A DNA stretch of 64,000 nt, taken from the NCBI RefSeq assembly GCF_947568905.1, contig NC_079165.1, positions 34,348,001 through 34,412,000 on the forward strand, given 5' to 3'. Positions 25,667 to 40,597 of this stretch are shown here, one piece after another; positions within the stretch are counted from its first letter, which is position 1, and every line of letters begins with the position of its first letter. The position numbers were made by a program, and so were the translations under genes. Under the pieces are notes generated by a model. It did no database searches. It saw nothing but the letters and a program-made list of their open reading frames with translations, and was not told where the DNA came from. The DNA comes from Ostrea edulis. Taxonomy: Eukaryota.

Positions 25667-26419
25667 ATTAGTTTTCAAGTTATTAACTCCCCATAATTAC
25701 CTGCTTGAAATCATTTGCATGTAAAAGAACACGGTGAGAAGATTTTTGAAAAAGTAAACATAGTGGGTATACGCATAAATTATACATTGTCTGTTAGGTG
25801 TCTAAAAATATCCCCACATGCGCCAGGGGAATCCCAACATGATGTATATAACTCATATGCAACTGTCTAACTTTAAGGCTGAAATACAATGAATTACTAA
25901 AGAGACTTTGATATTTTTATGGCACGGTACTGTTGTAACAAAATACACAGCTTTACACAGATAAGACCACCAATGATCTAAAAGTCTGAACTGGACACAT
26001 GGTTGTTGCTTGAAATGGCTTGAGTGACGGTTGTTTGTAAACACCAATTTAAATCAAATAATTCTGGTTAACACAGGTGAAATAATGTATGACATGTCGT
26101 ACAGCCTCATAATTATGTTTGTGTGATGATTTAAGAGCATTTTTACAAGGTGGAAAGTCAAAATTCAGAACATACAGCTTTAAAATGAAAGGGAGAAAGA
26201 GAGAGATTAGGGGAAAATTTTATACATACTAACTTTCTATGCATGCCATATGCCTAATGTACTGCATTTCATGAAATTGACACAGTAGAATAATCACCTT
26301 CCTTTAAAGACCTTATGTTTTGTGAAATGCTGGCTACCTCTGGAACAAGATTCGCTGTCTAGGACTCGGCTTGTGTAGCATCAAACATGCTCTTGTGTAT
26401 CAAATCAATTGAGAAACAT

Positions 26420-26960
26420 AAACATTTTAAGGAGGTGATATTGAAGTATTGCTACATAGATATAGGATGTTGATGACAGAGAAGTCATCCAGTTTGTTAC
26501 ACAGTTGTTAGTCTGCCATTAACATCTGTATCTAGTGAAAATCCAAGTATTTAACAGATAAGAAAGATTCTATGGTGTCCTTTATCACTGAAATATATCA
26601 AATCAACATATGAATAAAAAGTTTATCTAAAAATATTCAAGTGAATGTTATTGATGTACCTAAATGTTGAGTAGAAGGCCACTGAGCAAGATATTTCTTC
26701 TCGTGTAGAAGTTTTTTAATAAATTGTGTCTCATAAGAATACAAGAACAGACCTGTTAATATGGGAGCATAATCTATGCCCCTAGGTGTCTCAGCAGACT
26801 GTAGGAAGACCTGATCTCCAAACAGTACATAGATACATGTATTTTCAATGAGGAACTCCAGCATTCTTTTTATATCAACTTCAAAGTACTCGTTTAGTAT
26901 CATTCTCTTACTATATGGCGTGTTAAACAAGCTTCTCTTACACCTCTGTCAACGCTTGGA
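26420..26960 (-). pseudogene. Degenerate reverse-transcriptase fragment of a Penelope-like retroelement
   Basis: DIKRMLEFLIEN..VLFGDQVF...YAPILTGLFLYSYETQFIKKLL, then frameshifted FRYINN (YIDD decayed). Resembles the GIPMGTNCAPLLADLFLYSYE-type RT common in bivalves. Confidence 0.7.
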
Positions 26961-27473
26961 ATCACATGACAAGATATAATGATATTTTATGTATATCACA
27001 TGATATAAACAGTCATTCTCGTTTCCTTTCCTTTTAAAAGTTGTGCCAACAGGTGATACTTGTCATCAGGCCGCTGACACTTTTTTTTAAAAGTACATTT
27101 TTACCACTTAGCTGTTTGTCTCTTATTTCACAATTTTTATTGTATTTTTTACAGCCTTTGTTACTTTTGATTCCATGTTTACATTAAATGTCCACCACGT
27201 GAATGCCCTACATTCATATGCATATCACAAAGTAGTACCAATTTTGGATCAGAAAACAGTGATTTTAAACAATTTACAGTAAGCTTCAATTTAATTACAC
27301 CTAAAGCATTTTGTAATATGACTGAATATCTAATCCAAAACATAAATGTTGGATATTAATAGAAACTCTTTTACAAGATTTCTGTAAAAAGCCATTGACT
27401 GAGTGTTGACAGAGGTATAGTGCGAGTAGCACACGGAACTCTGGGTAGATCAGACTAAATTTTAGTTAAGTAA

Positions 27474-27494
27474 TTTTTAGCTCACCTGAGCCTT

Positions 27495-27538
<44 letters not shown>

Positions 27539-27870
27539 TGTCTTCGTCGTCATTCTCGCGTCATAAACTTTTCATCTACTTCTCCAGAAACCACAAAGCA
27601 TTATTGGGTGAAGGGTATTCAAGTTTGTTCAAATTAAGGGTCACGTCCTTCTCCAAAGGGAGATAATAGCGAAATAGTGAAAATGCATTAGCAACTTTTA
27701 AAAAAAAAAAAATCTCCAGAACCACCAGGCCAATTTCAACAAAATTTGGTACAAAGCATTTTTGGGTTAAGGGGATTCAAGTTTGTTCAATTGAAGGGCC
27801 ACACTCTTTTCCAAGGGGAGATAATAGCGAAATAGTGAAAATACATTGACAACATTTGAAAATGTTCTTT

Positions 27871-27912
<42 letters not shown>

Positions 27913-28231
27913 AATGCTTTGCTGAAGGGAATTCAACTTCGTTGAGATAAAGGGTTATGTCCCCATCAAAGGGGAGATAATCACCAAAATGCCAAAAATG
28001 GGTGCCAGGTGGGGTCATTTATTAATCTTCTCAAGAACCAGAAGAATTGAAATTTACATGAAAGCTTTTTGACATAGTGCAGATTCAAGTTTGTTAAAAC
28101 CATGACCCCTGGGGATAGGTTGGGGCCACAATAAGGATCAAAGTTTTACATACGAATATATAAGGAAAATCTTTAAATATGGACCAATTAAGGTATCTCA
28201 GGTGAGTGATGTGGCCCATGTTCCTCTTGTT
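27474..28231 (-). mobile_element. Helentron/pearl-like element with internal ~150-bp repeats
   Basis: ttttagctcacctgag ... ctcaggtgag..gtggcccatg..cctcttgtt ends; repeated ccagaaccac..gccaatttcaac units. Confidence 0.7.
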
Positions 28232-31200
28232 TGATGATCGATTGATTACAAGATTTGAATATTTTTAATGCAGAGCCAGCTGTGTGGTAACCATTAAAGG
28301 AACCATGAATTTGCTAGTAGTCAAAATCCTGATCATTAATAAGATTTATCCTAAACAAACTATCCTATCATCAATTAATGATAAAACCCCATATTTATAT
28401 CATTAATGGTAAAAATCCACTCCCACTGATGTTAAAAATATTAATATCTTTTATTTATACAGGATTGCACAATTAGTTATGACTGTATGCAAACCACAGG
28501 CAATTATATCGATTGGGTTTGAATTTTACTACTCTTTAATTGTAAATTCAAACCCAAGTGATACAATTATCTGTGATACAAACTAGTTTATATTCAATGT
28601 GGTCCTGTCTTTAAGCATGTATTACTGTTAAATGATGAAATTTGACCTGCTATTAAATTTAGTGCCGTTGGCGCAAGTGACCTTTTGTGCCAAAATTAGT
28701 AGACTAAGTACATGTATGTGTGCATGCCAGTGATTTTCCATTTCAAAAGTATTGTTTGAAAAGTTGCAGGCCATTCTGCAGTTGATTTAATACTGTACTC
28801 ATGTTGGAAACATCCACTTGTGTAATATCAGAAGGTCGATATTTTGTATACACACTAACACAGATGAACAGTAATTGTCTATCAACAAACATTGTTTCAC
28901 AAAAAATTATAAGTGCACAATCATTTATTTGACTATATTTACAGGTCATCATATTCTGAGAAATACAAAAAATCGTCACTTAACGTAGTTCCACACTCCT
29001 GTGACGTCATAAGATTTAGCAAAGTCAATGATTTAATGACTGGAACATAAATTTTGCTGGGGTCTTTTTCAATAGTTATTTTTTAAAAAATTGTCAGCTA
29101 TAAAATATTTCAAAAGTCTTAGTTATATTTGAATAGTCAATGATATGTGTTTCAAAATATTGAATCCAAGGACAATAACTCCGTTTTCAATAAATTATTT
29201 ATCAAGTCCATTATGCGATAGATTTCCTTTATTTTTCACAAACATTTTACTAAGGTGATAAGGAATCATTATCTGTGTCTTTTCATGAAATTACATAAAA
29301 TTTTAAGCCATGAGTGATTTTGAATAGCTCAGCTGTATGGTGCCAGACTTTGATTTTTTATGGGGGTATACATACTCTAGAAGCTATAAATTTGAAATTA
29401 TTAAGGAAAGGTATGAATTTTTGTTCATAAATAAATGTAATAGGTGTACATCTACTAATATAAACAGAAAAAATGATATGTAAACCATGCTATAAGGAAA
29501 TTGTGTCCACATTTATTCGTTTTTTAACATTTTGGAGAATAACGCTAATTCAATAATTTTGCACTTATTATTCTAAAACTTGATGAACATATTGAAAATG
29601 ACATGTGTTTTAGTTATTGACATGTTTCTTGATAAATAAATGCAATTAAACAATTTTCTTGTTGTTTTTATTTTAAAATAACAACAAATAACTGTTTCCA
29701 ATGAATTTCATAAAAATCTACATGGGGTACATGACTTCAGTAGTGTCTGTAATGAAAATTAATATGGAAATCCTTAACTAATTTGCATTTTTTCATTACT
29801 CTGAATGTTAATTTATTGATTCCAAACAAAAAAATGCTACCTAAACCCCAAAAATCCAGGACTAAGGACCCACCTTAATACTAAAAGTCTGCAATAAAAC
29901 AAGTTAAAATTCAGTCAGAACTACCGGGGTATACCCACAAAAACTACATCAAACCTACGTCAATGCATTTAGAATTCCTGTGTTTTCCAAGGACTTTAAC
30001 AAGTTCTTTCTCATGGATGAACCACATGACATGGACTTTCACTGGTTTCAGGACAGAGTTTGAGAAATATGGAAAACACTGTTGTCATGCAGCTTTCCGA
30101 GAATGAAAGCATATACCAAACTTGAAATTCCTTTTTCGATGCACCCTATTCTCGTTTTGCAATATATTAGTACAATACTAGTACTGGAGTTAAAAAATTG
30201 ATTGGAAGCTATGGAGTGTATGCTGGAGAAAAACAATAGCCTTAGATCAAACTCTGTGCCAAATGTATTATTCAACGAATTACTGCTGTGCCAAAATTAA
30301 TTAACTCCCATGTCTTGGCACTTGCGTTGGGACCAAAATACGTATTCACCAAACTATCTCGTTTTACAGTACATATCAAAACATTCATCATCAAACATGA
30401 AAATACCACAGATGATTTACATACATGTCATAGAACTGAGCCACCTCATAGAAACCATAACACTGATATAAAACAGCCAAATAAGTACCATTCTGACCAC
30501 TAATGATATACATTTTGGATTTAATGTTTAATGGTAATTACTGTCATTGATCTCAAAAATCTAGTCTTTAATTTATCATGAGGAATGGTGATGTAAAGGG
30601 AAAAATTGTACATTTTGATACTTTCCGAAAGGTTTTGTGATTTTGAATTTACTAAAATATCTTTGGAATTTTTTGAGAGCCACATTTGATTTACACCACT
30701 TCTCTCATATCTTGTGGCAAAATAACATCAAAGTTTCTCCTTCACAGCAGTGAATATTTTCTTGAGGAGCTTGGTAGAACATTTACAGGGTCATGCAATG
30801 TATGTTTGTTTTAAGGGGTTTTATGAAGTTTTGGAATCCAGCATAGGTACAGTAACTCAAATTCATTAGTCCCATTGATTGAATATTAAAAATGTGTTTA
30901 AAATGGAAACTTGATTTTAAAGAATTTTGTCGTTAAGAACATGCATAAGTTAAATTACCTATTTTGGAATTAAAGCTAAGTTTCTCTTAAAAATACAAAT
31001 GTAATAATGGGCCTTAATTACGAACAAAAATATGCTGATACAAGCTTTGTCATCTAGAACCAGAAATATGTTGAGATGCAAAACAGAACTTTTTTGTGAT
31101 TAAGAATATTTATAATGTTTATGGCACCTATTCCTTTGTTTTCAAATTTCAGTCTATAAATTACTGACAATGTGATTTGGAAACCATTTATAGTATTTTT

Positions 31201-31545
31201 ATCTTTAAATTCACACACAGTGGTTTCAAAATCCATCACAGACGTCAGTCTGTATTATGGTTGAAATGAATTCAAGTATGGTCTTACACTGCCTCTTTCA
31301 AATAAGCTATTTAAAACTTTCCAAAGAACAGGGTAAAGGGTAACTATGATGTAGATCTAACTGTTTGTTGACTTAAAAAGTGAATCAAATATTTGGGTTT
31401 TTTTTTGTAAGACATCATGATTGATATCTGACAGTGTGTTACAAAAAAGAATGGTCAAAGAATCAAATCTTTTGGCTCTGTACAAAATACATTATGAATG
31501 ATCAGTGTTGTAAGTCAATTGATGAAATTAAGACAACTTCATTTA

Positions 31546-32957
31546 GGCCACAGTTTTTTAATTTATTAGTTTACGGATTTAAAAAAAAAAAAAATTAAGG
31601 TCAGTCGGGAGGGGAAAAAAAATAGAATAAACATTTGTAATATCTATCGTTGTTTTATTTTCAATAAATCATTGACATTATTTCATGAGTACAAATAAAC
31701 AAAACATGTATTTTAAAAATATTAGATAAAAAATTCTTTAGAGTGACTAGTACGTTATGAATTTTGAAAAAAAAGAGTGAAATTTCAAATTCAGTGTATA
31801 ACTACATACATGTATCTATGTTACACTTTGGTAGAAAATAAGCCGAGAATGTATAAGGTCATATCTCTTTGATGTTGTAAAGTATCCAGTATTTATATAA
31901 TGTTGTTCAGTAATTTTGCTGTATATGCTCAATAAAGATTTTACCTTTACAAATTGTAAACATAATGAAAAAAATTAATATCAGCACTATTACAATTGTA
32001 TGTAGTAATTCCATTTTTAATTTCAGATTGTTTATACCCCCATGAAATAATTTTTAACCCCATTTTTCCCACATAGACATGCCCATGGAATTATCTACCA
32101 TATCTTTTTGAAAGAAATGTTTCTTGTTTTTCATTTTTATTTGATACTCAAATTCTTTCCACCACTACACAAGGTATACTAATTTACGAGAAATATGCAT
32201 ACTTTTCTGAGTTTTATCTGGTCATATTTTTTACAGGCGTTCATTATAATATCAAATGCATCTAACAATTTCTCACACTGTTCTATTCCCTGTTAGGATT
32301 TTTGATGGCAGAGATGCACGTACATGTATTCAAATACGTTTGTTATGACATGTACTACTGTGGTATAAAGTCACTAGTTAGAATAATCTAACTGTGTCTC
32401 GGTACAGGCCCTCACCACACTCAAACCAGGTCCGTAGAACATTATCAGTTTAACGATAGAACATCCTATCTAGTAAAGTCGCTAACAACTGTACCTTCCT
32501 CTCATCTTTTAACACCCAAATAGCACTGCATTTTGTGTTATGTTAACAGCAAGAATACCGCCAATTGTATGAGAAGTATTTATTGCTATCAATTCCTTTT
32601 ATTTCGTGATGAAATGCTATCTGGCATCTGTTTCGTCGACAAGAACGACATAGGTATCGTTACTGTCATCGTGCGTGGTCATATCTGTTTACATGGTTTT
32701 TAAAAATACGGAATAACGATATTTCGCAAAACGAATAGTGATTACCAAATACAAATCAATAGGTTTGCAGTTCACGATTTTCTATTCGTAAAATTGAAAA
32801 TTCATTTTTTTATTTTCGGTTTGACATGTTGGGTAGATCGAATCAGCGGAATTTTTAAAAAAAAGTGGAAATTTGCATTTTTAAAAAAAAAAAATTTTGA
32901 TTCCCCAGAAATTAGGGTCGGCAGATCCGTAAACCAAGAAATAAAAAAACTGTGGCC
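31546..32957. mobile_element. Non-autonomous DNA element with ~35-bp TIRs and TTA TSD (Zator/Harbinger-like)
   Basis: tta|ggccacagttttttaatttattagtttacggat ... atccgtaaaccaagaaataaaaaaactgtggcc|tta. Confidence 0.7.
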
Positions 32958-33011
32958 TTACTGTTCAAATTTCACTCAATGACCCTTTCATTTTGATAGA
33001 ATTTTCAAATA

Positions 33012-33182
33012 CAGTTGATCTTCGATATCTCAAACATCGATATCTTGAATTCTATGGATATGCTGAATTGAGTTGGAAGTCCCAATTGCATTGCTTTTGT
33101 GTAACCTCCATATCTCAAAATCTTGGATACTTGAATTTTTTTCTTGAGGCCCCATCAAGTTTGAGATAATGAGGTTTGACTG
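33012..33182. mobile_element. Tc1/mariner-type MITE
   Basis: ta|cagttgatcttcgatatctcaaac ... gtttgagataatgaggtttgactg inverted ends. Confidence 0.6.
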
Positions 33183-36100
33183 TTCTTTTATTTGTAATAT
33201 ACATGTATGTTGCAGCTTCATGATATGCATGTCTCATTCACAAGAGTGCCAACACTCATTGAACTCATCTGTAAATGTAGCGAAGGTTGGAATTATGTTT
33301 ACTAATGCGTTTTTTTCATGTTTACTACAATTTGATCTTGTTCACTTGATAAAGAAGCGATGCAAATTGCGACGCACCTTGGAAATGAAAACCAACTAGG
33401 CCAACAGTGCATATTGGAATTTGCATTGCTGCGATTTACAGTTTGCATAGCTCGTTTACTAGGTGAATATTAAGCAATTTGGAATTCTCTTGTATGTGGA
33501 ATGTAACTGTCTATGTGAATGTCAGAGGTGATGCACAAGATTGGCTCATTGAACCTTTTTCATGTCACACACATAACTTTTCTCACAAGTTTTTTAGTTC
33601 ATTCTATGTTGATCATTGACACTAATCAATAATAACCGATAATTATTTCTGATAAAATGTTGTTATTACTATGTTAGTTTTGATTAGATGCATAACAACA
33701 TATGGTCTGTTTCAAGGCTGTCAGCTCAATCCTTTCCATAGTTTTGGACTAATTGATTAATTTTAGTTCACTCCAAAGTGTACAGATTTATGTATATTGG
33801 GATATTGATGATTTTGTTCTGTCTACCTAAACTATGAAAGATTAATTTTGAAAGGCATTGAATTTCAGAATATCTCTTAAATCTAATGACTCAATGTTGA
33901 TACATAATTAATGTATGTAATCAATGGAAAAGTCTGATACATGCCATTTGGTAAAGCACTAGGCATGCAATCATTGTCATGTATTGTAAGTACTGTATCT
34001 TGCAGGGGATTGGAATATACATCAATACATCTTAATTACCCCCAACTTTTTCCTACTCTCAAACCCCAAATCCTCCCCTGCAATGTACAAAACCGCTGTC
34101 TTTATGTGTACAATTTATTCATTTTACATTGAATGTATAGGATGTTCCTTCACAGTAACGTGTGTACGGGCGCCTTACTTTGGTCACGCATCAGTGACAT
34201 TTTCTATATATTAATAATTAAATACATAATACAGAGTCAAAGATTTATTGAGTGAGACTAAAATAATCTGTGCAAATCATGACATTGTATACTTACCCAG
34301 TCAGTGACCACATTGGCTAAAGCCCACATCTCATTAAAAGTCAATAACTGATTGGGTATCCGTCATTCACATTAATGACCAGTTATTGAACAGGACAGTT
34401 TCACAATGGTTGAAAACCCTGGTCAACTCCGAACTATAATTTCTCTGATGGGGCAATAGTAGAGGAATTGTGGAGTTACTGACTTAGGTGTACGTGTATG
34501 AAAATCAATGACCGACTGAATTTACTTCTGTCAACATATACTGTTACGCATCATAGAAAGAGCATCTGAATACGAAACAGGTTTTTTTCTCCCCTAATCA
34601 TGGAGTCTGGTATTAGTCTTTGCTGAAAGTCTGGCAGCGAGTGTTTTAGTCAGAGAGAATGAATAAGCAGAGTTATTTTTGTGAATGCCTGATTGAAGTT
34701 AATCATAAACGTGTTGCCTATAATTGCAGTTTGATTAAAAAATTGCCACATCAACTTTTGAAGATACGAAATTTTTACTGTGAAAGCAATTGATTATTTT
34801 TCCTGCACCGAGTATGTGCAATGTATTATTCATGATGAGATATATTACTCAACAATAAATTCCCTCCCGAGAGATAATTGAAATTACATATATATGTACG
34901 TTGCTAATAAACAAATTGATAATGGAATGGCAATTACATGAGCATTCCTACTTCTTTAAATCATTAGTAAAATTAGACTTTTCAAACTTTGAAATTTTAC
35001 ATGATTGAAATAGTAAGTAAACCTGATATGGAGTAAATGAAAGAACTTAGAACTTCAGTTAAAATATGTACAAATTGGATGAGTTGTCTTTCCCTATAAC
35101 CAATGTATGGTGACTTTAGAATGTGCCACAACAAATCAATTCTCTGTATAATAATAGGGCATTAGAATTTATACAATATCCCTTATAATAGACAGCAAAA
35201 GTTCCAAAAAGGTAGAGGTGTGGTACGTTTCGTCCGTATGGAATCTAAAGGCCTACATGCACAAAGAAGTTATTTGAATTTGACAAGATTGTCTTTTGTG
35301 TATGCCTATATGTAACTATATATAGCTTGAATGAACTGACGTGTACTGCTTTCTTTGAGGATAGAGAGCTTAATTAGAGTACCTCATGTAGGACCCAAGC
35401 AGGTTGGAAATGGAATTGCATGGATACCAATACTGGATTTGTCAGGATGGTAATTCTAGTATTGAAATTAAATTAGGGGAGAGTTTGATCAAAACAAATT
35501 ACTTATTTTCTGAACTCTACCATTGGTCTGAGAACCATCTATTTCATGTTTGTCTCAAGACTTTAAATTTTGTAGACAGTGTAGAATTTGGGTGTAGTGT
35601 TGAATTGGAAGAAATTTGATATGATGCATGAGCTGCGAGTAACACGTGGTGTAATTGATATGGGATATAGGATACCTGAATTCTTTGTATCATAATAGTA
35701 TAGAACATTCACAAATGTGACATAAAGTGAAATATATGGTGAATACTTGAAACTGATGTAAATTACCAACACCATACTTTTTAGCAATTCCAATGCCACA
35801 TTATTTTGAAGTTAGAATGCATACAGGAATGTGAACATTAGTTCTAGAATATATCTGTAGTTGACGTAAGATTCATCATTTATCAATCATGAGTATTGTA
35901 CAATGCAACTATGCATGTGACAGAAAAGCTGTTATCCAACACTGATGATAAGGTAGGGATGAGGGTTCGTTATCATGGCAAAGACTGCTTTAACATGAGA
36001 CCTTGGTTTTTAAGTTCTCGTCCGATAGACCTGTGACTTTTACCTTTGATGCTTATTGATTGGTGAAGGATTATTCACTGCGTATTTTAAATGTTAGGTT

Positions 36101-38754
36101 TGATGTAGCTGCATGACTGGGGCATCGTCCAACCCAGAACCTCCCTGTTCCAAAGCGAGCCACCCCTATTACAAGGCTTCCACAGAAATTGTTCCCCATA
36201 GAAATTCTATACAGTAGGCTAATTCTGTTTTACAGAACATGAAACAAGTATTTTTCAAGAATTAACATGCAAAACTGCACCAACACCAGATAACATCTGA
36301 TTCAACAGGTCAAATCAAATTACACCACAACAATTGGCCTTAAGCTATGGCATGAGTTTACAGCAGATATTTGCCCGATCAATTATGGAAATTTGTAAGA
36401 TGAATGCCAAAACTGTATTATGAATTCAAAAAAGTATTGGTACACTCACATGCATATCATTGAATTATTCCTTACCTGTAATTATAACATGCTGCTGATC
36501 AGGGGTACTTCCAAAATACTGTTTCATGATTGGTCAAAGAAACAAATAAATTGAATCTGAATAGGACTATGTGGTAGATGTCTCGTATACATGTCTATTA
36601 CATTAAAGATACCACGAAGATTTCATGTGGATATTGATTTCATACTCCGAAAAAACTTCATTACACACTCTTGGGTTTGGGATGAAGTATTGGATCCAGA
36701 TAAATTCCAATAAACCAACGGGTTAAGCTGCTTCAACATGATCAGTGACAGGTTTGGGAACTTTAAACCATCCATACATCACTAACAATCCAGAACAATT
36801 CTGAATCTAAATGGTTTAGGTTGCATTAACTGATCATGAAAGAAATAGATTTTAGGTACTTTAAACCATGAAAACCTAGTCTGCAAGAGTGGGTTCAGGA
36901 GAGTTAGATTTTATTTAATGGCAACCCATACTGAATTTTATAAAATCATATTGAATTTTATAAGATCATATTGAATTTTATGAAATAATAATAATAATAT
37001 ATAGCCTTTATTTATCTAGGATAACACAAATTAGCATATAGCTAGTTTCCATTGTGGTTCTGCATTAAAACATATTACACAAACATAAAATTAACATCTA
37101 AAATTATTATCTAAATATGCATACAATATAAAAAGAAGAGGGGAGGGGGAATATAGCATAAGACACACCTAATTAGTGATAAAATTATTACCTAAATATG
37201 AATACATGACATGAAAGGAAAGAAGAAAAAGTAGCATAAGACACACGCACACACAGTGCCATATCACAACTACATTTGGCACACCTGAATAAAAAGAGGA
37301 AAGCACAATGTTTAAGTGCTACTTCTATGAAAATATTCCATCAAATACATGAAATCCTGTTGAATTTTATAAAATCCGATTGAATTTACAAAATCAGTTT
37401 GTTATGGATGTTAGCCGTTTCAGACTGAGGTTGTGAAAGATTTTGAAATGGGCCTGTGGATGATCCTTTGCTCTCATGTTGAATGAACAGCTGTTGGTTG
37501 TACTTTGTTTCTAACATATCAGAATTTTTTTTTTACCCTTGGCAAAACTTTGTGGAACCTGATGTAATTTCTGGTGTTAATTAGTGAAAGCCAAATAAAT
37601 GCTTTTGTGATATGGAAATGTTAATCAAAATTATTTTTTCAAAAACGATATTATGATTTCTTCTGGGACTTGTGATGATACAGTGTTGCATGATCTATTT
37701 TTTGTGGGTTTTTTAATGTTCAATGTGGAGGTGTTAATTAATGCATGGGACCCATGGGGCTCTTGTTGCTATAATTTTTATGAAATCTAAAACATTTTTA
37801 CAAAACATCTGACATAAATTCTGTTCATGGTTTTTGAAACTTTGATCAACAATTGCAGAAATTTGACTAATGAAACTTTAACATCAACTTTCATCATTCA
37901 ATTTCCTTACAAAATCCTTTGTAAGAGTGGAACAAAAACCTGGAGTGTGGTGTTTTTACAATCATATGATATATGTATGGCTGTACAGGAAAAAATAAGA
38001 CACTAGCTGAGACCAGAAACTGGAGATATTTGTCACAAATATCTTGTGCTGATAATGGTGGAAATTAAGGTTACTATAAATTTGAATCTTGATAAGTTAA
38101 TGAAAATGATTCAGAAAAGTGGTTGTTTTCAATGAATTATAGAAGTTAATTGACTCATTTATGGTGCTACGTTATATATATAATCAATGGTTTTGGATCT
38201 CTAACAATCTGAATCAATATACAGACTATAGTGCTTTTCATTTCTGTTGGAAACTTTCACTGAAAGAAGGGCCTGTATGTACCTGCAGTTTCTCTACCAA
38301 ATGTAAACTTTTCATCAGTAAAATATCTTTTTTTAGTGACATATTGATGACTAGTGTTTTTTAAATGAAAATCAACAAAACAGAGTAGCATAATGAGGAA
38401 GCCCCCAGACTGGCAAAATTTATTTCCCATACTGATGAATTGGGGGACCGCCTGTTGAAAAGATATGTTTCAAGTATAATTTCTCATTCAAATGTTTGTC
38501 ACTTTATGTTCAAGTCTTTAGAAATAGAACAGGAAGATCTATATGTCAATGAAATATTAGAAAGAAAGAAATATACAAATAGGCAAAGAAATCAAAATTC
38601 ACTGAAAAAGTTTCCAAATTTTTACACAATTCATATACACTATTCTGCAGTTCCCTTTTCTTTTGTAAACAATCATCAGCAATCAGAGGGAGCAGTTTTC
38701 AAAGAGACCAAAAAAAAAAAATAAAGAATAGGTTTTTATTTTTTTGTGATTTCT

Positions 38755-38872
38755 CCAATCTAATTAAAATTTAATCCTTTGATCCGCTCACCTAGGATCC
38801 CTTCACATACCCTAAGGTATGTATAGCATTCATAGATGAGCAGATCAAAGGATCTAATTTTAATTAGATTGG
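38755..38872. repeat. Short inverted repeat / hairpin element
   Basis: ccaatctaattaaaatt..atcctttgatccgctca pairs with tgagcagatcaaaggat..aattttaattagattgg. Confidence 0.8.
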
Positions 38873-40134
38873 TGATAAAGTTTCTTAAATACCTTACAAA
38901 ATGATGAATAATTTCATTAAAAAGTATGTGTTCATGATTGTACGGAAAATGAATTTAGATGACTATAATTTACACAACTATATGTATGTCCAGAAAGTTC
39001 TTACTTGAGAGGAGGAAAAAATATAAATGCCATCAACTCATAACGATAGTTTCAATACTCTGATTTATACTGTACCAGTTGTAGTCTATTAACCAGTAGT
39101 ATTGTGTGAGGCCAAAGGACTGAAGATTGGTATGGAATTGAAAGACATTTCAGCTTAAATTCATTCAGCATCGATATTGTTATCAGTAAGAGTTCTTGAT
39201 AGTGAATTTGGTTTTTCTTGTAATTAACCATTGTGTACCATGGAAATGCTTAGTATGGCAAAGACCTGAAACTTGAATATACATAATTAGTAATAGTCAA
39301 ACGACCATTCTTGCATGTGTTGACAAGCTAATTACTGTCTATTAGAATAGTTTTGCTCTGTGAATTGTATTTACAATTCATTTGTTCACTATTCATTGGC
39401 TGAATGAAGACAATTGGATCAGAGTTTACAGCAAATACTTTGATGTATAGGCACCATGCAGACATCATAATTCTGTGTATATTACTGACTGTGTTATTCC
39501 AGACTGGTCACCCTTCAGGACTATTTGATAGAAGAAAAAAAACACATTACAAACGTTAATAACTTTCATGGCAAAAATCTCCCATCTTCCGTTTCACATT
39601 AACTGCCCATAATCAGGATCCCAAAGCAATAGATGGATTTTTCCGTGGAAATGATCAATAAGAAATTAAACATCCTAGGTGTGAATGTTTTAGATAAGGC
39701 TGCAACATGGGTTTTTTTTTTCCAAATGATTATTTCTACATTTCTGATAATGAAATGATCTGCTTCGGCTCCTTAAAAGGAAAAGCAATGACAGCTTTAG
39801 TATCAGGATAACTCATCACTGTGTGACTCCAATGAAAGTTTTTGCTTCTATAAGGTGTGCAGTGTGACCAGCAGTATTGATCAAAAAATAATCCAGTGTG
39901 TGAAGTATATTTTTCATGTTTATCCACTCTGTCTCTGGTGATATAAAATCTACCAGATGTCACCTCTTTTATAATTGCTATATTAAGAATCGGATATGAA
40001 GGTCAATAAAAGGGAGACTGCCAAATCCCATGTGAGCATGTGGTCGTCATTTCACAAAGACGTGTGCAGAAAAATGAAGGTTGATAATAGTGTAGTTTTT
40101 GCCTGCTAAAATAACATTGATTCTATTTTTGTAG

Positions 40135-40258
40135 GTTCAATTCTTCGTGAAATGGCCACAAGGAAAATTGTTTCAGCTGACACAGGTTACAAAGGGACAC
40201 AACTCAAACTTTCTCTGATATTAGAGGGAGGCCAAGTTGTAGCATTCAAGCCCAAATG
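40135..40258 (+). CDS. FAM20B: FAM20B coding exon 2 ([41 protein letters not shown])
   Basis: tgtag| acceptor and tg|gtaact donor; matches human [36 protein letters not shown]. Confidence 0.96.
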
Positions 40259-40510
40259 GTAACTAGAAAAGGAAAGAAGGGGGGGGGGGGGTAATTGCTT
40301 TAAATCTAATAGCTTAGAATGTTATCAATTTCTTTTAATTTGTGAGTAATTTTGAACGTGAATTCATGATTTATGGAGTAATGAGCAAATTGAATGTTGG
40401 CCAAAATTTTATCTCCTTGATTAATCTGATAAACAAGATTGCTGAAATAAAATCTGTGGAACTGTAAGTGATTTATAGTCATTCTTTTTAACTGTGTATG
40501 AATATATCAG

Positions 40511-40597
40511 GTACAGAAGAGAGGACATTTTCTCAGAGACTCCATATTCTGGTGCTGACCGACATAATGGTGAAATTGCAGCATTCCATTTAAACAG
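40511..40597 (+). CDS. FAM20B: FAM20B coding exon 3 (YRREDIFSETPYSGADRHNGEIAAFHLNR)
   Basis: atcag| acceptor and ag|gtaatc donor; matches PYAGYDRHNAEVAAFHLDR. Confidence 0.96.

Noticed and set aside
18100-38460. CTGATGA words (e.g. about 18120 and 38432) as hammerhead ribozyme cores, given the Penelope-like relics
   Set aside because: No pairing stem II with a correctly placed GAAA, and no flanking stems were visible by eye.
39736-39963. 75-aa minus-strand ORF with protein-like composition near FAM20B exon 2
   Set aside because: It starts at GTG, has no credible acceptor or donor and shows no recognisable family motif.
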